Assembly (NCBI GenBank): GCA_035537875.1
Contig: DATLLJ010000037.1
Location: forward strand, 138,315-202,314
Source: Vicinamibacterales bacterium
Lineage (GTDB): Bacteria; Acidobacteriota; Vicinamibacteria; Vicinamibacterales; CAVVIG01
DNA: 64,000 nucleotides
Reading direction: 5' to 3'
Each line of letters starts with the position of its first letter. Position 1 is the stretch's first letter. This document shows positions 46,605-57,088 of this stretch, piece after piece. The position numbers and the translations under genes are program-made. The notes under the pieces were generated by a model that worked only from the letters and a program-made list of their open reading frames with translations, ran no database searches and had not been told where the DNA came from.

Positions 46605-47632
46605 AACACCTCTTCCATGGCTGCGATGAACCGGCGCGTGTGCTCGACGATGCCGGTCGCGATCCGGACACATCCGGCGCAGCCAGGCTCGGACGATCGA
46701 TCGCGAACGAAGATCCCTCGGGCAGCCACTCCCTCGACCAGCGCCTTCAGGCGATCCCCCGGGCACACAAGGACGAAGTTCGCGTCGCTCGGCACGTACC
46801 GCAATCCCAGTCGCTCGCAGGCCGCGTACAGCAGGGCCTTCGATTCACGGGTCTGGCGCAGATAGTCCTGCAGGTAATCCTGGTCGGCGAGCGCCGCCTG
46901 CACCGCTGCCACGGCCGCGATACTGACGCTGTAGACCGGTATCGCCGCGCGCACCGGGTTCAACACCTCCGCAGCGCCGACCAGGCAGCCGATGCGCAAG
47001 CCGGCGAGGCCGAAGGCTTTGGAAAAGGTGCGCCCGACGATCACGTTGGGAAAGGCCGCGAGTTCGGGTATGAAGGTCACTCCCGAGAACTCATGGTAAG
47101 CCTCGTCCACGAACACCACCGCCTCTGACGGTACTTGCCGCGCCACCTCTCGAATCGCCCCGAGGGGCATCGATACCCCTGTTGGATTGTTTGGATTGGT
47201 CAAGAAGACCACGCGTGTGCGCGGCGTGATCGCCGACAGGACCTCGTCGAGCGCGAAGCTGAAGTCATCGCGCGGCATGACCTGGACCAGGCGCCCTCCC
47301 ACAACCTCGGTGTCGACTCGATAGATCTCGAACGCGGGCTCCGGGACGACGGCTTCGGGGATCGGCCCGCCGATCGGCGGCCGCAGATACGCGACAGCCA
47401 GCCCCATGATTCCCTCGTCGAGCCCGTTGGTCAGCGCCAGCCGCCCGGGATCGACGCCGAGGTAATGCGCACAGGCACTGGTCGCTGCGGCGTACGGTGG
47501 ATAAAAGCCGATCTCGTCTGCGCGCAGTCGGGCAAGCGCGTCGAGGACGCGCGGCGAACAGCCTGCGGTGTTCTCGTTCTGGTGGAGCCGCAACCCGTCG
47601 TACAGCTCTGGAGGCTTGTCGTAAGCGGTCAT
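46589..47632 (-). CDS. hisC: Histidinol-phosphate aminotransferase
   Basis: LHQNEN...NPNNPTG...VFVDEAY...[15 protein letters not shown], 347 aa. Confidence 0.9.
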   Translation of the reverse strand: MTAYDKPPELYDGLRLHQNENTAGCSPRVLDALARLRADEIGFYPPYAAATSACAHYLGVDPGRLALTNGLDEGIMGLAVAYLRPPIGGPIPEAVVPEPAFEIYRVDTEVVGGRLVQVMPRDDFSFALDEVLSAITPRTRVVFLTNPNNPTGVSMPLGAIREVARQVPSEAVVFVDEAYHEFSGVTFIPELAAFPNVIVGRTFSKAFGLAGLRIGCLVGAAEVLNPVRAAIPVYSVSIAAVAAVQAALADQDYLQDYLRQTRESKALLYAACERLGLRYVPSDANFVLVCPGDRLKALVEGVAARGIFVRDRSSEPGCAGCVRIATGIVEHTRRFIAAMEEVLCAAP

Positions 47633-48873
47633 CGCAGACGTACCTCGATCGATTCGGCGTGCGCAGTCAGCCCCTCCGCGCGCGCGAGCGGCACGATGGT
47701 CGGGCGCAGCCGGGTCAGACCAGCCTTGGTGACGCGCTGAACCAGCATGACCCGCATGAAATCGGCAGCGCTCAAGCCTCCACGAAAACGGGCGGCACCG
47801 GAGGTCGGCAAGACATGATTCGAGCCGGTCGCATAGTCGCCGGCGGCCTGCGCCGTGTAGGGGCCGACAAACACAGCGCCGGCAACCAGACGCTGGCGCG
47901 TGAGCGACTCACGGTCGAGGACAAGGTGCTCCGGAGCGAAACGGTTCGCCAGAGCGACGGCGTCTTCGGCGGAACTGGCGACGATGATCGCGCCATGTGA
48001 AGCGAGCGAACGCCCAACGACGTCCAGACCTGCGGCTTGACGCGAGACGGCGCGGGACACGCGTTCGGCAAACGGGCGGCTCCACGTGATCAGAATCGAG
48101 CGGGCGTCGGGATCGTGCTCCGCTTGCGCCACGAGATCGGCGGCGATCCAGGCCGGGTCCCCGCTGGCGGCGACGATGACAGTCTCCGTCGGCCCGGCAT
48201 AAAAATCGATGGCGCAGTCGCCGGCCACGAGAGACTTCGCAGCGGCGACGTACTTGTTCCCGGGGCCGACGATCTTGTCCACACGCGGTACGGTGGCCGT
48301 TCCGTACGCGAGCGCGGCAACCGCGTGGGCGCCGCCGACGCGGAAGAGTCGGCTCACACCGGCTTCGAGCGCCGCCGCCATCACGACGGGCTCGGGCCGC
48401 GGGCACACCGCGATGACCTCCGCAACACCGGCGACCCGCGCGGGCACGGCGGTCATCAGCAGCGACGAGGGGAGCGGGAAGCGCCCGCCGGGCACATAAC
48501 AGCCGACGCTCGCAATAGGTTCGACCCGCTGCTCGACGGTTACTCCCGGTGTCACCTGCACGTCCCAGTGTCGGGGAATCTGCTTGAAAGCGACGCGGGC
48601 AATGTTTCGGGCGGCCTCCTGCAGCGCCCGCCGCACGCGTGGATCGACCTGCCGGGCGCGGTCGCGCATCTCGTCCGGCGTCACCTCGAACGGGGGCGAG
48701 GTGCCGTCGAACCTGCGCGCAAAGGCCGCGAGCGCCCGATCGCCGCCTGCGCGCACCCGGTCCACGATGGTCCGCACCCGCCGGTCGAGGGCGTGATCCC
48801 CAGCGGCGCGGCGCGTCAGCAGGCGTTCGACCGCGCGAGTGTCGCCGGCCCTGACGATGGTCAACCGCTTCAC
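47629..48873 (-). CDS. hisD: Histidinol dehydrogenase
   Basis: GCYVPGG..YPSS-like segment (VGCYVPGGRFPLPSSLLM), AQAEHDPDA and DYATGSNHVLPT. GTG start. Confidence 0.9.
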   Translation of the reverse strand: MKRLTIVRAGDTRAVERLLTRRAAGDHALDRRVRTIVDRVRAGGDRALAAFARRFDGTSPPFEVTPDEMRDRARQVDPRVRRALQEAARNIARVAFKQIPRHWDVQVTPGVTVEQRVEPIASVGCYVPGGRFPLPSSLLMTAVPARVAGVAEVIAVCPRPEPVVMAAALEAGVSRLFRVGGAHAVAALAYGTATVPRVDKIVGPGNKYVAAAKSLVAGDCAIDFYAGPTETVIVAASGDPAWIAADLVAQAEHDPDARSILITWSRPFAERVSRAVSRQAAGLDVVGRSLASHGAIIVASSAEDAVALANRFAPEHLVLDRESLTRQRLVAGAVFVGPYTAQAAGDYATGSNHVLPTSGAARFRGGLSAADFMRVMLVQRVTKAGLTRLRPTIVPLARAEGLTAHAESIEVRLR

Positions 48874-48934
48874 GTGGCTCCCTTCCTGCCGCGCTCACTC
48901 ATCGGTGTGTCTCTTTCCCGCGACCCAACGCAGC

Positions 48935-49822
48935 CTACAACACGATCTTGTTGAGCGGGTATTCGACGATGCCCTGCGCGCGCGCCGCCTTGAGCTTCGG
49001 AATCAGATCGCGCACCGTCCGCTCCTCGATGATCGTGTTGACGGCCACCCACTCTTCGTCGCTCAGCGACGAGATGGTCGGTCGTTGCAGCGCCGGCAGC
49101 AACGAGAGCACCATCGCCAAATCCTGCCGCCGCACGTTGAGCATCAACCCCACCCGTCCGTGCGCTTCGATTGCGGCTTTGAGCAGCAGGGCCACGTTTT
49201 CGATCTTGGTGCGCTTCCACATGTCGCCGAGCGCGGTGTGGTTGGCGATGAGCTGCGTGTTCGATTCCATCACGGTGTCGAGAATACGAAGCCGGTTCGC
49301 GCGCAGCGTCGAACCCGTTTCCGTCGCTTCAACGATGCCGTCGGCGAGCACGGGTGGCTTGACTTCGGTGGCGCCCCAGGAGAACTCGACGTGCGCCTTC
49401 ACGCCGTGACGCTTGAAGTAGGCGCGCGTGACGCGCACCAGCTCGGTGGCGATCGTCTTGTCGCCGAAATCCGTCGGCGATCGCAGGGATGAGTCCTCAG
49501 GTGCGGCGAGCACCCACCGGACTTTTCCAAAGCTCTGTTTCGCATAGACGAGATCGGCAATACTCGTCAGCACGCCGGTCGTGCCGTCACCGAGCTCGTG
49601 CTCGGCGATCCAGTCCTGACCCGTCAGCCCCGCGTCGAGCACGCCGTCCGAGACGTAGCGCGCCATCTCCTGAGCCCGGATCAGCATGCATTCGATCTCG
49701 GGGTCGTCCACGGTGGGGAAGTACGATCTCGAGCTGACGTACAGGTTGAACCCGGCGCGCGCGAACAGTTGAACGGTCGCGTCCTGAAGCGACCCCTTGG
49801 GGATGCCGAGTTTGAGTTTCAT
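48935..49822 (-). CDS. hisG: ATP phosphoribosyltransferase, long form with C-terminal regulatory domain
   Basis: [16 protein letters not shown]...[24 protein letters not shown]. 295 aa. Confidence 0.9.
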   Translation of the reverse strand: MKLKLGIPKGSLQDATVQLFARAGFNLYVSSRSYFPTVDDPEIECMLIRAQEMARYVSDGVLDAGLTGQDWIAEHELGDGTTGVLTSIADLVYAKQSFGKVRWVLAAPEDSSLRSPTDFGDKTIATELVRVTRAYFKRHGVKAHVEFSWGATEVKPPVLADGIVEATETGSTLRANRLRILDTVMESNTQLIANHTALGDMWKRTKIENVALLLKAAIEAHGRVGLMLNVRRQDLAMVLSLLPALQRPTISSLSDEEWVAVNTIIEERTVRDLIPKLKAARAQGIVEYPLNKIVL

Positions 49823-50154
49823 ACGAGGGTACCTTCAGCCGTCATGCGGCGGAAAAAACAGGTGCGCTCTCCGGTATGGCACACCTTTTCGTCGCCCAGG
49901 CATTTCACCCTGACGAGGACCGTGTCTTCATCGCAGTCGACGAGGATGTCGACGACCTGCAGGCGGTTCCCTGATGTTTCCCCCTTCACCCACAGCGCAT
50001 TGCGCGTTCGGCTGAAGAAGGTGGCGAAGCCGCTGCTCCGCGTCAGGGCCAGCGCCTGGTCGTTCATGAAGCCGACCATGAGGACCTCGCCGGTCTCGGA
50101 GTCCTGGATGACTGCCGGGATGAGGCCTGCGAGTTTCGAGTAGTCGATTGCCAT
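49819..50154 (-). CDS. hisI: Phosphoribosyl-AMP cyclohydrolase (HisI domain only, no HisE fusion)
   Basis: From ATG 50154: [31 protein letters not shown]...WVKGETSGN...DCDEDTVL...[10 protein letters not shown]. 111 aa. Confidence 0.9.
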   Translation of the reverse strand: MAIDYSKLAGLIPAVIQDSETGEVLMVGFMNDQALALTRSSGFATFFSRTRNALWVKGETSGNRLQVVDILVDCDEDTVLVRVKCLGDEKVCHTGERTCFFRRMTAEGTLV

Positions 50155-50170
50155 AAAGAAACCTGCCCAA

Positions 50171-50200
50171 CAAACAAAAACCCCGCCGGTTTCGGCGGGG
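50171..50200 (-). terminator. Intrinsic terminator of the his leader (attenuator)
   Basis: Minus-strand RNA CCCCGCCG-AAAC-CGGCGGGG followed by UUUUUGUUUG. It lies 34 nt after the leader stop and 16 nt before the hisI ATG. Confidence 0.75.
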
Positions 50201-50234
50201 TGGCATGTCGTTTCGTCCTGATCGACCGAGGACC

Positions 50235-50315
50235 CTAGACCACGCGCAACTCCGCCACGGCCGGCCCGAAGGCGGCGTGATGGTGATGGGTTGCGTGGTG
50301 GTGAGGTGTGAACAT
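50235..50315 (-). CDS. His-rich leader peptide of the his operon (hisL-like)
   Basis: ATG 50315: MFTPHHHATHHHHAAFGPAVAELRVV stop. Seven His within residues 5-13. Too short for the ORF track. Confidence 0.7.
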   Translation of the reverse strand: MFTPHHHATHHHHAAFGPAVAELRVV

Positions 50316-50325
50316 CGAACGCCTG

Positions 50326-50355
50326 AGCGTAGTGCATCGGCCGATGTTGTGTCAA
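50326..50355 (-). promoter_or_regulatory. Sigma70-like promoter for the his leader
   Basis: Minus strand TTGACA (50355-50350), 18-nt spacer, TACGCT (50331-50326). Only 10 nt separate the -10 from the leader ATG and there is no SD, so the transcript would be nearly leaderless. Confidence 0.4.
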
Positions 50356-50474
50356 CGACGTGCCCGCTCGAGCGACGCAACGGCTAGGGCGATTCGAGCG
50401 AGGGGCGGGCGATGATGCGCGTGGTGGGTGCCGGCCACGTGCGGACCAGTCGTCGCATCGGTCAGTTGGTGGTA

Positions 50475-50504
50475 TTGACTATTGTACTAGTACATTAGTA
50501 TAAT
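50475..50504 (+). promoter_or_regulatory. Sigma70-like promoter with an embedded perfect 12-bp palindrome (likely YtrA-type autoregulatory operator)
   Basis: TTGACT (50475-50480), TGTACTAGTACA (50483-50494), TATAAT (50499-50504). The -10 overlaps the annotated ATG at 50503. Confidence 0.55.
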
Positions 50505-50898
50505 GACGGGTGTGAGCGTGGTAACCATCGACCCGCGCGACCGGACGCCGATTTACGCGCAGCTCGACCGGGGGTTGCGCGCGGCCGTGGCGTCGGGCCG
50601 GCTGAGGCCCGGCGATCAGCTGCCCACCGTCCGGCAGCTCGCCGTGGAGCTTCGTATCAACGCGAACACGGTGGCTCGGGTCTATGCCGAGCTCGAACGG
50701 GGTGGGGTGCTCGAGACCCGCCGCGGCGTCGGATCCTTCATCAGCGCGTCGGCCCGGAGCGAGGCGAGGCCTGCGCAGGAGCGTACCAGACGGCTTCGTG
50801 CTTTTGCGACGCGGGTTCTCGCGGATGCAGAGGCGGCCGGCTTCACCATCGGCGACGTGCTCGCCGAGCTTGCCACCCATCGACAGAAAGGAGCATGA
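50503..50898 (+). CDS. GntR family transcriptional regulator, YtrA subfamily (short C-terminal domain)
   Basis: PIYAQLDRGLRAAVASGRLRPGDQLPTVRQLAVELRINANTVARVYAELERGGVLETRRGVGSF. 131 aa. The true start may be in-frame GTG 50512 or 50518 if the promoter call is right. Confidence 0.8.
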   Translation: MTGVSVVTIDPRDRTPIYAQLDRGLRAAVASGRLRPGDQLPTVRQLAVELRINANTVARVYAELERGGVLETRRGVGSFISASARSEARPAQERTRRLRAFATRVLADAEAAGFTIGDVLAELATHRQKGA

Positions 50899-51830
50899 CC
50901 GTGGCTTCCACGATCGACAGCTCGAATCGCTCTCAGGTCAACGTCGTTGCCATCGCGGTGTTGCTCGGCTCGCTCGTCTGGGGAGCGCTCGTGTCGTGGG
51001 CGATCCGCAGCCCCATCGCTCTGATTGTGATGGGCGTCGTGGGGGCGATCGCGATGCAGTCTCCCAAGGTGGCACAGCAATGGGAACGCGCGGTGGTGCT
51101 GCGGCTCGGACGTTTCTCGGGCCTGCGAGGCCCGGGTCTCTTCTGGATCGTGCCTTTTGTCGATGCGGTCTCCTCGTGGATCGACCAGCGCACGATCACG
51201 ACGAGTTTCGCGGCCGAACAGACGCTGACCTCGGATACGGTGCCGGTGAACGTGGACGCGGTGCTCTTCTGGATGGTGCACGACGCGGAGAAGGCTGCGC
51301 TCGAAGTGCAGGACTACGAGCGCGCGGTCAGCTGGGCGGCGCAGACCGGGCTTCGCGACATCATCGGCCGCACGGCGCTGACCGATCTGCTGCGCGGTCG
51401 CGAGCGGATTGAGACCGAGCTGCAACAGCTCATCGACGTCCGTTCCAACCCCTGGGGCATCACCGTGCAGTCGGTCGAAATGCGGGACGTCGTCATTCCC
51501 AGCGCCCTGCAGGACGCGATGTCGCGGGAGGCGCAGGCGGCGCGGGAGAAACAGGCCCGCATCATCCTGGGTCAGGCGGAGATGGAGATCGCGCGCTCGT
51601 TTCAGGAGGCGGCGAAGGCGTACCAACACAATCCAGTTGCGCTTCATCTTCGCGCGATGAACATGCTCTACGAAGGACTGAAGGAAAAAGGCGCGCTGAT
51701 GCTCATCCCGAGCAGTGCCGTCGAATCGATGGGGATGGGCGGGCTCATGGGCGCGGCCGCCTTGAGGCAGGAGAGGCTCGTTGGGGGCGGTGACGACGAC
51801 GCAACAGGTCGAGCTCGGGACAAAACGTAG
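50895..51830 (+). CDS. SPFH/Band 7 (stomatin-like, slipin) membrane protein
   Basis: N-terminal TM helices, then QWERAVVLRLGRF...GPGLFWIVPFVD...TLTSDTVPVNVDAV...RAMNMLYE. ATGA overlap with the regulator stop. Confidence 0.85.
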   Translation: MTVASTIDSSNRSQVNVVAIAVLLGSLVWGALVSWAIRSPIALIVMGVVGAIAMQSPKVAQQWERAVVLRLGRFSGLRGPGLFWIVPFVDAVSSWIDQRTITTSFAAEQTLTSDTVPVNVDAVLFWMVHDAEKAALEVQDYERAVSWAAQTGLRDIIGRTALTDLLRGRERIETELQQLIDVRSNPWGITVQSVEMRDVVIPSALQDAMSREAQAAREKQARIILGQAEMEIARSFQEAAKAYQHNPVALHLRAMNMLYEGLKEKGALMLIPSSAVESMGMGGLMGAAALRQERLVGGGDDDATGRARDKT

Positions 51831-51876
51831 CCGGCTTTACCTGGACTGGCCTGAGTGTGGTCGGCGGCTTCATGTC

Positions 51877-54420
51877 ATGACCTTCACCCGCGAGTCTCTC
51901 GTCGTCATCCTTTGGCGGGACGCGCGCCACGCGATCCGGACGCTGCTTCGGTCGCCTGGCTTTGCAGCGGTCTCGATCGCGACACTCGGTCTCGGCATCG
52001 GGGCGAATACCGCCGTCTTCGGCCTCGTGAACGGATTGCTTCTGCGAACGCTGCCGGTAAGAGACCCTCAACGTCTTGTCACCATTTCGTCAGATTTCGC
52101 CAGCAGCCGCGGATTCACTGCCGGCGTCGGCTGGAATTATGCGATGTGGGACCGTCTCCAGCAGCGGGCAGACGCCTTCGACGGCGGTTTTGCCTGGTCG
52201 ACCGAGCGATTCAATTTGGCAGAGAGGGGAGAGACTCAACCCGTAGACGGCGTCTTTGTTTCAGGGCAGTTCTTCCGCGTGCTGGGGGTTCAGCCGCTCC
52301 TCGGACGTGCATTCACCGAGGCTGACGATGTGCGCGGCGGCGGACGGGACGGACCGGTCGTGGTCATCAGTTACGGGCTGTGGCAGCGGCGCTTCAGCGG
52401 AGCCAAAGATGTCATCGGGTCGCCGCTCCTCGTCGACGGTGCTCCATTCACGATTGTCGGCGTCACGCCGCCTGACTTCTTCGGAATCGAGGTTGGCCGG
52501 GTATTCGATGTCACCTTGCCGCTTGGGACAGAACCGCTGATCAACGGGAGGAGTGCGGCGATCGATCAGCCGCGGAGGCTTTCGCTGATCATCGTGCTGC
52601 GGCTGAAACGTGAACAATCGCGTGACGCGGCGACAGCAACGCTGCGCACGATGCAATCGCAAATTCTTGGCGATGCGCCGGAGCTGCCGCCGTTTCTCAA
52701 GGAGCCGTTTACGCTCACGCCGGCTGGGTTCGGGACCTCCGGCGCCACCCACATGCCCGGATTGCGCCAGCAGTACGAGCGCCCGCTCATCACCATCCTC
52801 TTCGTGGTCGGGATCGTACTCTTGATTGCCTGTGTGAACCTCGCCAACCTCTTGCTCGCGCGTGCGTCGGCGCGTCGGCACGAGCTGAGCGTGCGTCTCG
52901 CGCTGGGTGCCACCACGTGGCAACTGGCTCGACAGCTTCTTGTCGAGAGTCTCGTCCTCGCGGCGAGCGGGGCGGTTGTCGGTTTGATGTTCGCGTCATG
53001 GGGCAGTGCTCTTCTCGCCGCGCAGTTGTCGGCCATGGCCGATCACGTGGCCTTGCCGCTATCGTTCGACTGGCGTGTCGCCGTCTTTACTGGGACGGTC
53101 ACCATAGCGACAGTCGCGATTCTTGGATTGGCGCCCGCGCTTCAGGCGGCGCGTGTCACACCTATCGAGGCACTGAAGGAATCGGGCATCTCCGTTCAAG
53201 GAATCGCAATCCGTCGCGGTCGCGGCGGAAGCCGCCACATGATGCCTTCGAGGACTCTCGTCATTGCGCAAGTGGCGGTATCGATCGTGCTCGTGGTGGT
53301 CGCAGGGCTCTTCGTACGAACATTCGAGCGGCTTGCGAATGTCCCGCTGGGGTTCGACCGCGACCGCGTTCTGCTTGTCAACGTGGAGACGGCACGTGTG
53401 CGGATCGATCCTGCGGATCGACACCCTTTCTATCATCAACTTGTCGCCGCCGTTCGTGCCGTTCCCGGCGTCTCCGAAGCCGCGGGCTCGATGTCTACGC
53501 CTGGTGGGGGCGGGGCTGCCAATCTCATGGTCGATGCGCGTGGCAGGGCGGCCTTCCCCGGGCAGCTGATCGCGAACGTCGTGACTCCACACTGGTTCGC
53601 GACGTTCGGGATCCCCCTCCGTGGCGGTCGCGACCTAACCGATCGCGACACGGCGCAATCGCCGCCTGTGGTCATCGTCAACGAGGCATTCGCGCGGCGC
53701 TTCTTTCCAGGCCGAACCGCCATCGGTCACACCTTTGTCGGGTCCGATCGCGCGTTTCTCGAGGGCAGAACCGCCGTCGGCATTGTCGGCGATGCACCGT
53801 ACGGGTCGCTGCACGATCCTGCGCCGCCCACAATCTACCTGCCTCTGGCACAGGCAGGTGGAGTCGAGCCGCCAGGCCGCACGAGTATCGTCCTCAGCGC
53901 CCGAGTACAAACCGGCTCGCCAACGTCACTCGCGCCGGGCATTGCCGTCGCGCTGACGGCTGTAGATCGCGACGTCGCGTTCAGCTTTCGACCACTGGCC
54001 AATCGCGTGGACGAATCACTGTTGCAGGAACGTCTCCTCGCGATGCTGTGCGGGTTTTTGGGCTTGCTGGCATTGTTTCTTTCGGGTCTTGGGCTCTACG
54101 GTGTGACGTCATACGCCGTGGCACGGCGTCGGGCGGAATTTGGCGTCCGCCTGGCGCTCGGCGCCGAGCGCGCTGACCTCGTCTGGCTGGTACTCCGGCA
54201 CAACACCATCGTCGTGATGACCGGAATTGCGCTCGGGCTTACCGTGTCGGCCGCGGTGACGCGATATCTCGATGCGCTGCTGTTTGGAGTGACGCCGCTC
54301 GATCCGTGGACGTTCGTCTGCGTATCGCTGACCTTCGGAATTGTGGCCACTATCGCCGCGTACTTGCCGGTCAGACGAGCGACCAGGATCGATCCAATGG
54401 CCTCGCTCCGGTGCGATTAG
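51877..54420 (+). CDS. ADOP-family duplicated MacB/FtsX-like ABC permease (no adjacent ATPase)
   Basis: From ATG 51877: ...WRDARHAIRTLLRSPGFAAVSIATLGLGIGANTAVFGLVNGLLLRTLPV. Two FtsX-type 4-TM modules, each preceded by a large periplasmic domain. 847 aa. Confidence 0.8.
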   Translation: MTFTRESLVVILWRDARHAIRTLLRSPGFAAVSIATLGLGIGANTAVFGLVNGLLLRTLPVRDPQRLVTISSDFASSRGFTAGVGWNYAMWDRLQQRADAFDGGFAWSTERFNLAERGETQPVDGVFVSGQFFRVLGVQPLLGRAFTEADDVRGGGRDGPVVVISYGLWQRRFSGAKDVIGSPLLVDGAPFTIVGVTPPDFFGIEVGRVFDVTLPLGTEPLINGRSAAIDQPRRLSLIIVLRLKREQSRDAATATLRTMQSQILGDAPELPPFLKEPFTLTPAGFGTSGATHMPGLRQQYERPLITILFVVGIVLLIACVNLANLLLARASARRHELSVRLALGATTWQLARQLLVESLVLAASGAVVGLMFASWGSALLAAQLSAMADHVALPLSFDWRVAVFTGTVTIATVAILGLAPALQAARVTPIEALKESGISVQGIAIRRGRGGSRHMMPSRTLVIAQVAVSIVLVVVAGLFVRTFERLANVPLGFDRDRVLLVNVETARVRIDPADRHPFYHQLVAAVRAVPGVSEAAGSMSTPGGGGAANLMVDARGRAAFPGQLIANVVTPHWFATFGIPLRGGRDLTDRDTAQSPPVVIVNEAFARRFFPGRTAIGHTFVGSDRAFLEGRTAVGIVGDAPYGSLHDPAPPTIYLPLAQAGGVEPPGRTSIVLSARVQTGSPTSLAPGIAVALTAVDRDVAFSFRPLANRVDESLLQERLLAMLCGFLGLLALFLSGLGLYGVTSYAVARRRAEFGVRLALGAERADLVWLVLRHNTIVVMTGIALGLTVSAAVTRYLDALLFGVTPLDPWTFVCVSLTFGIVATIAAYLPVRRATRIDPMASLRCD

Positions 54421-54452
54421 TAGGAAAGCAGCACGGCACTCTTAGTTCAGAG

Positions 54453-54490
54453 GTCCGGAAGGGCAGGCCAGCCTTCCTGCCTTCCCGGAC
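54453..54490. terminator. Hairpin between convergent genes (possible bidirectional terminator)
   Basis: gtccggaagggcagg (54453-54467) pairs imperfectly with cctgccttcccggac (54476-54490). Confidence 0.45.
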
Positions 54491-54511
54491 TTACCTGTCC
54501 GTCCCGCCGTT

Positions 54512-56011
<1,500 letters not shown>

Positions 56012-56053
56012 CTCTCTCTCCTTGGATTCAGGGCCTGGCTTCGCCAGGCGCTC

Positions 56054-57019
56054 TTAGCTCGCTCGTTGTGCCGTCGCCACGAAGAGTCCGGGCCCCTTCG
56101 CTTTGGGATCTGGCGGCAGGGGTGTCACGCGCGATTGTTCGAAGCCACTTCCAGTCAGCAGTCCGGTGATTTGCTCCTCCGAGAAGCCAAGCCATACGTG
56201 ACCCATCTGTTGCCGGTAGTTCTCGCGATCGTGCGGCAGCATGTCGGCGATGACGATACGCCCGCCACGCTTCAGGACGCGCGCCGCTTCGGCGAGCGCG
56301 CGTGCCGGTTCTGCGACATGGTGGAGCACGAGCATCAGCATCGCCGCGTCGAGCGCGCCGTCACCGCCAGGACTCACGGGATCGATCGGCAGCGCCTCGA
56401 GTTCGCCGCGCCGCAACTCGACGTTGTCGAAACGATGCAGCCGCTTCCTCGCCGCCTGCAGCATGGCCGACGAGCCGTCGACTGCGATAATCCGCGCCAC
56501 GAACGGCGCCAGGGCGGAGGCGACCTGTCCCGTTCCACAGCCGAGGTCACCGACCGTCCACGCCGCATCGGCGAACGCCGCGAACGCGGCCAGGTGGAAG
56601 CGGTCGCCAAACAGCTCGTCGCGCAGGCGGTCCCACTGTCCGGCGGACGAGGAGAAGAAATCCAGCGATGTCGTACGACGGGCCGCCAGCGCCGCCACGA
56701 GGCGTCGCTGATCCTGCCCGGCCGCCGCCGTCGGACCGACCTGATCCCGGACGAGCAGCCAGAGCCGCCGCTGTGCGGGATCCAATTCGTCTTTCGACAT
56801 CGCGTACAGCCGGCTCGTGCCTTCGGCACGTGAGGCGATCCATCCGCCGTCGACCAGCGCTTTGAGGTGGCGGCTCACGGTCGACTGAGGCAGCTGCGTG
56901 ATCGTGCACAGCTCGGACACCGTCAGCTCGTGGCGGTCGAGCAGCAGCAGGAGACGGCTGCGGGTCGTGTCGGCGAGCGACGCGAGGTGATCGATGATTA
57001 CGGGGACGCGTTCATTCAT
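56054..57019 (-). CDS. sahR: ArsR-type HTH fused to a SAM-methyltransferase-fold domain (SahR-like SAH-responsive regulator), copy 1
   Basis: LADTTRSRLLLLLDRHELTVSELCTITQLPQSTVSRHLKAL, then DLGCGTGQ...VLKRGGRIVIAD. Directly upstream of ahcY on the same strand. Confidence 0.6.
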   Translation of the reverse strand: MNERVPVIIDHLASLADTTRSRLLLLLDRHELTVSELCTITQLPQSTVSRHLKALVDGGWIASRAEGTSRLYAMSKDELDPAQRRLWLLVRDQVGPTAAAGQDQRRLVAALAARRTTSLDFFSSSAGQWDRLRDELFGDRFHLAAFAAFADAAWTVGDLGCGTGQVASALAPFVARIIAVDGSSAMLQAARKRLHRFDNVELRRGELEALPIDPVSPGGDGALDAAMLMLVLHHVAEPARALAEAARVLKRGGRIVIADMLPHDRENYRQQMGHVWLGFSEEQITGLLTGSGFEQSRVTPLPPDPKAKGPGLFVATAQRAS

Positions 57020-57088
57020 CCGTTAAACCGGATTGAAGGATACACTGGGTGCCCCGCTCGACGCAAGAGCCGCCGCAGCGGCCGTCAA

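Noticed and set aside
46021-46671. 424-aa ORF extending hisH upstream
   Set aside because: The extension is Arg/Pro-rich and overlaps hisB, which has clear IGPD motifs in another frame. GTG 46020 yields a normal 207-aa HisH with a GTGA overlap.
50155-50502. T-box or other riboswitch in the long his leader region
   Set aside because: I found no specifier-loop or T-box-like conserved sequence. The His-codon micro-ORF plus terminator explains the region better.
56012-56053. SAH riboswitch upstream of ahcY
   Set aside because: The gap is only 42 nt and holds just one short hairpin plus the SD, which is too short for the SAH riboswitch fold. Regulation is more plausibly by the adjacent SahR-like protein.
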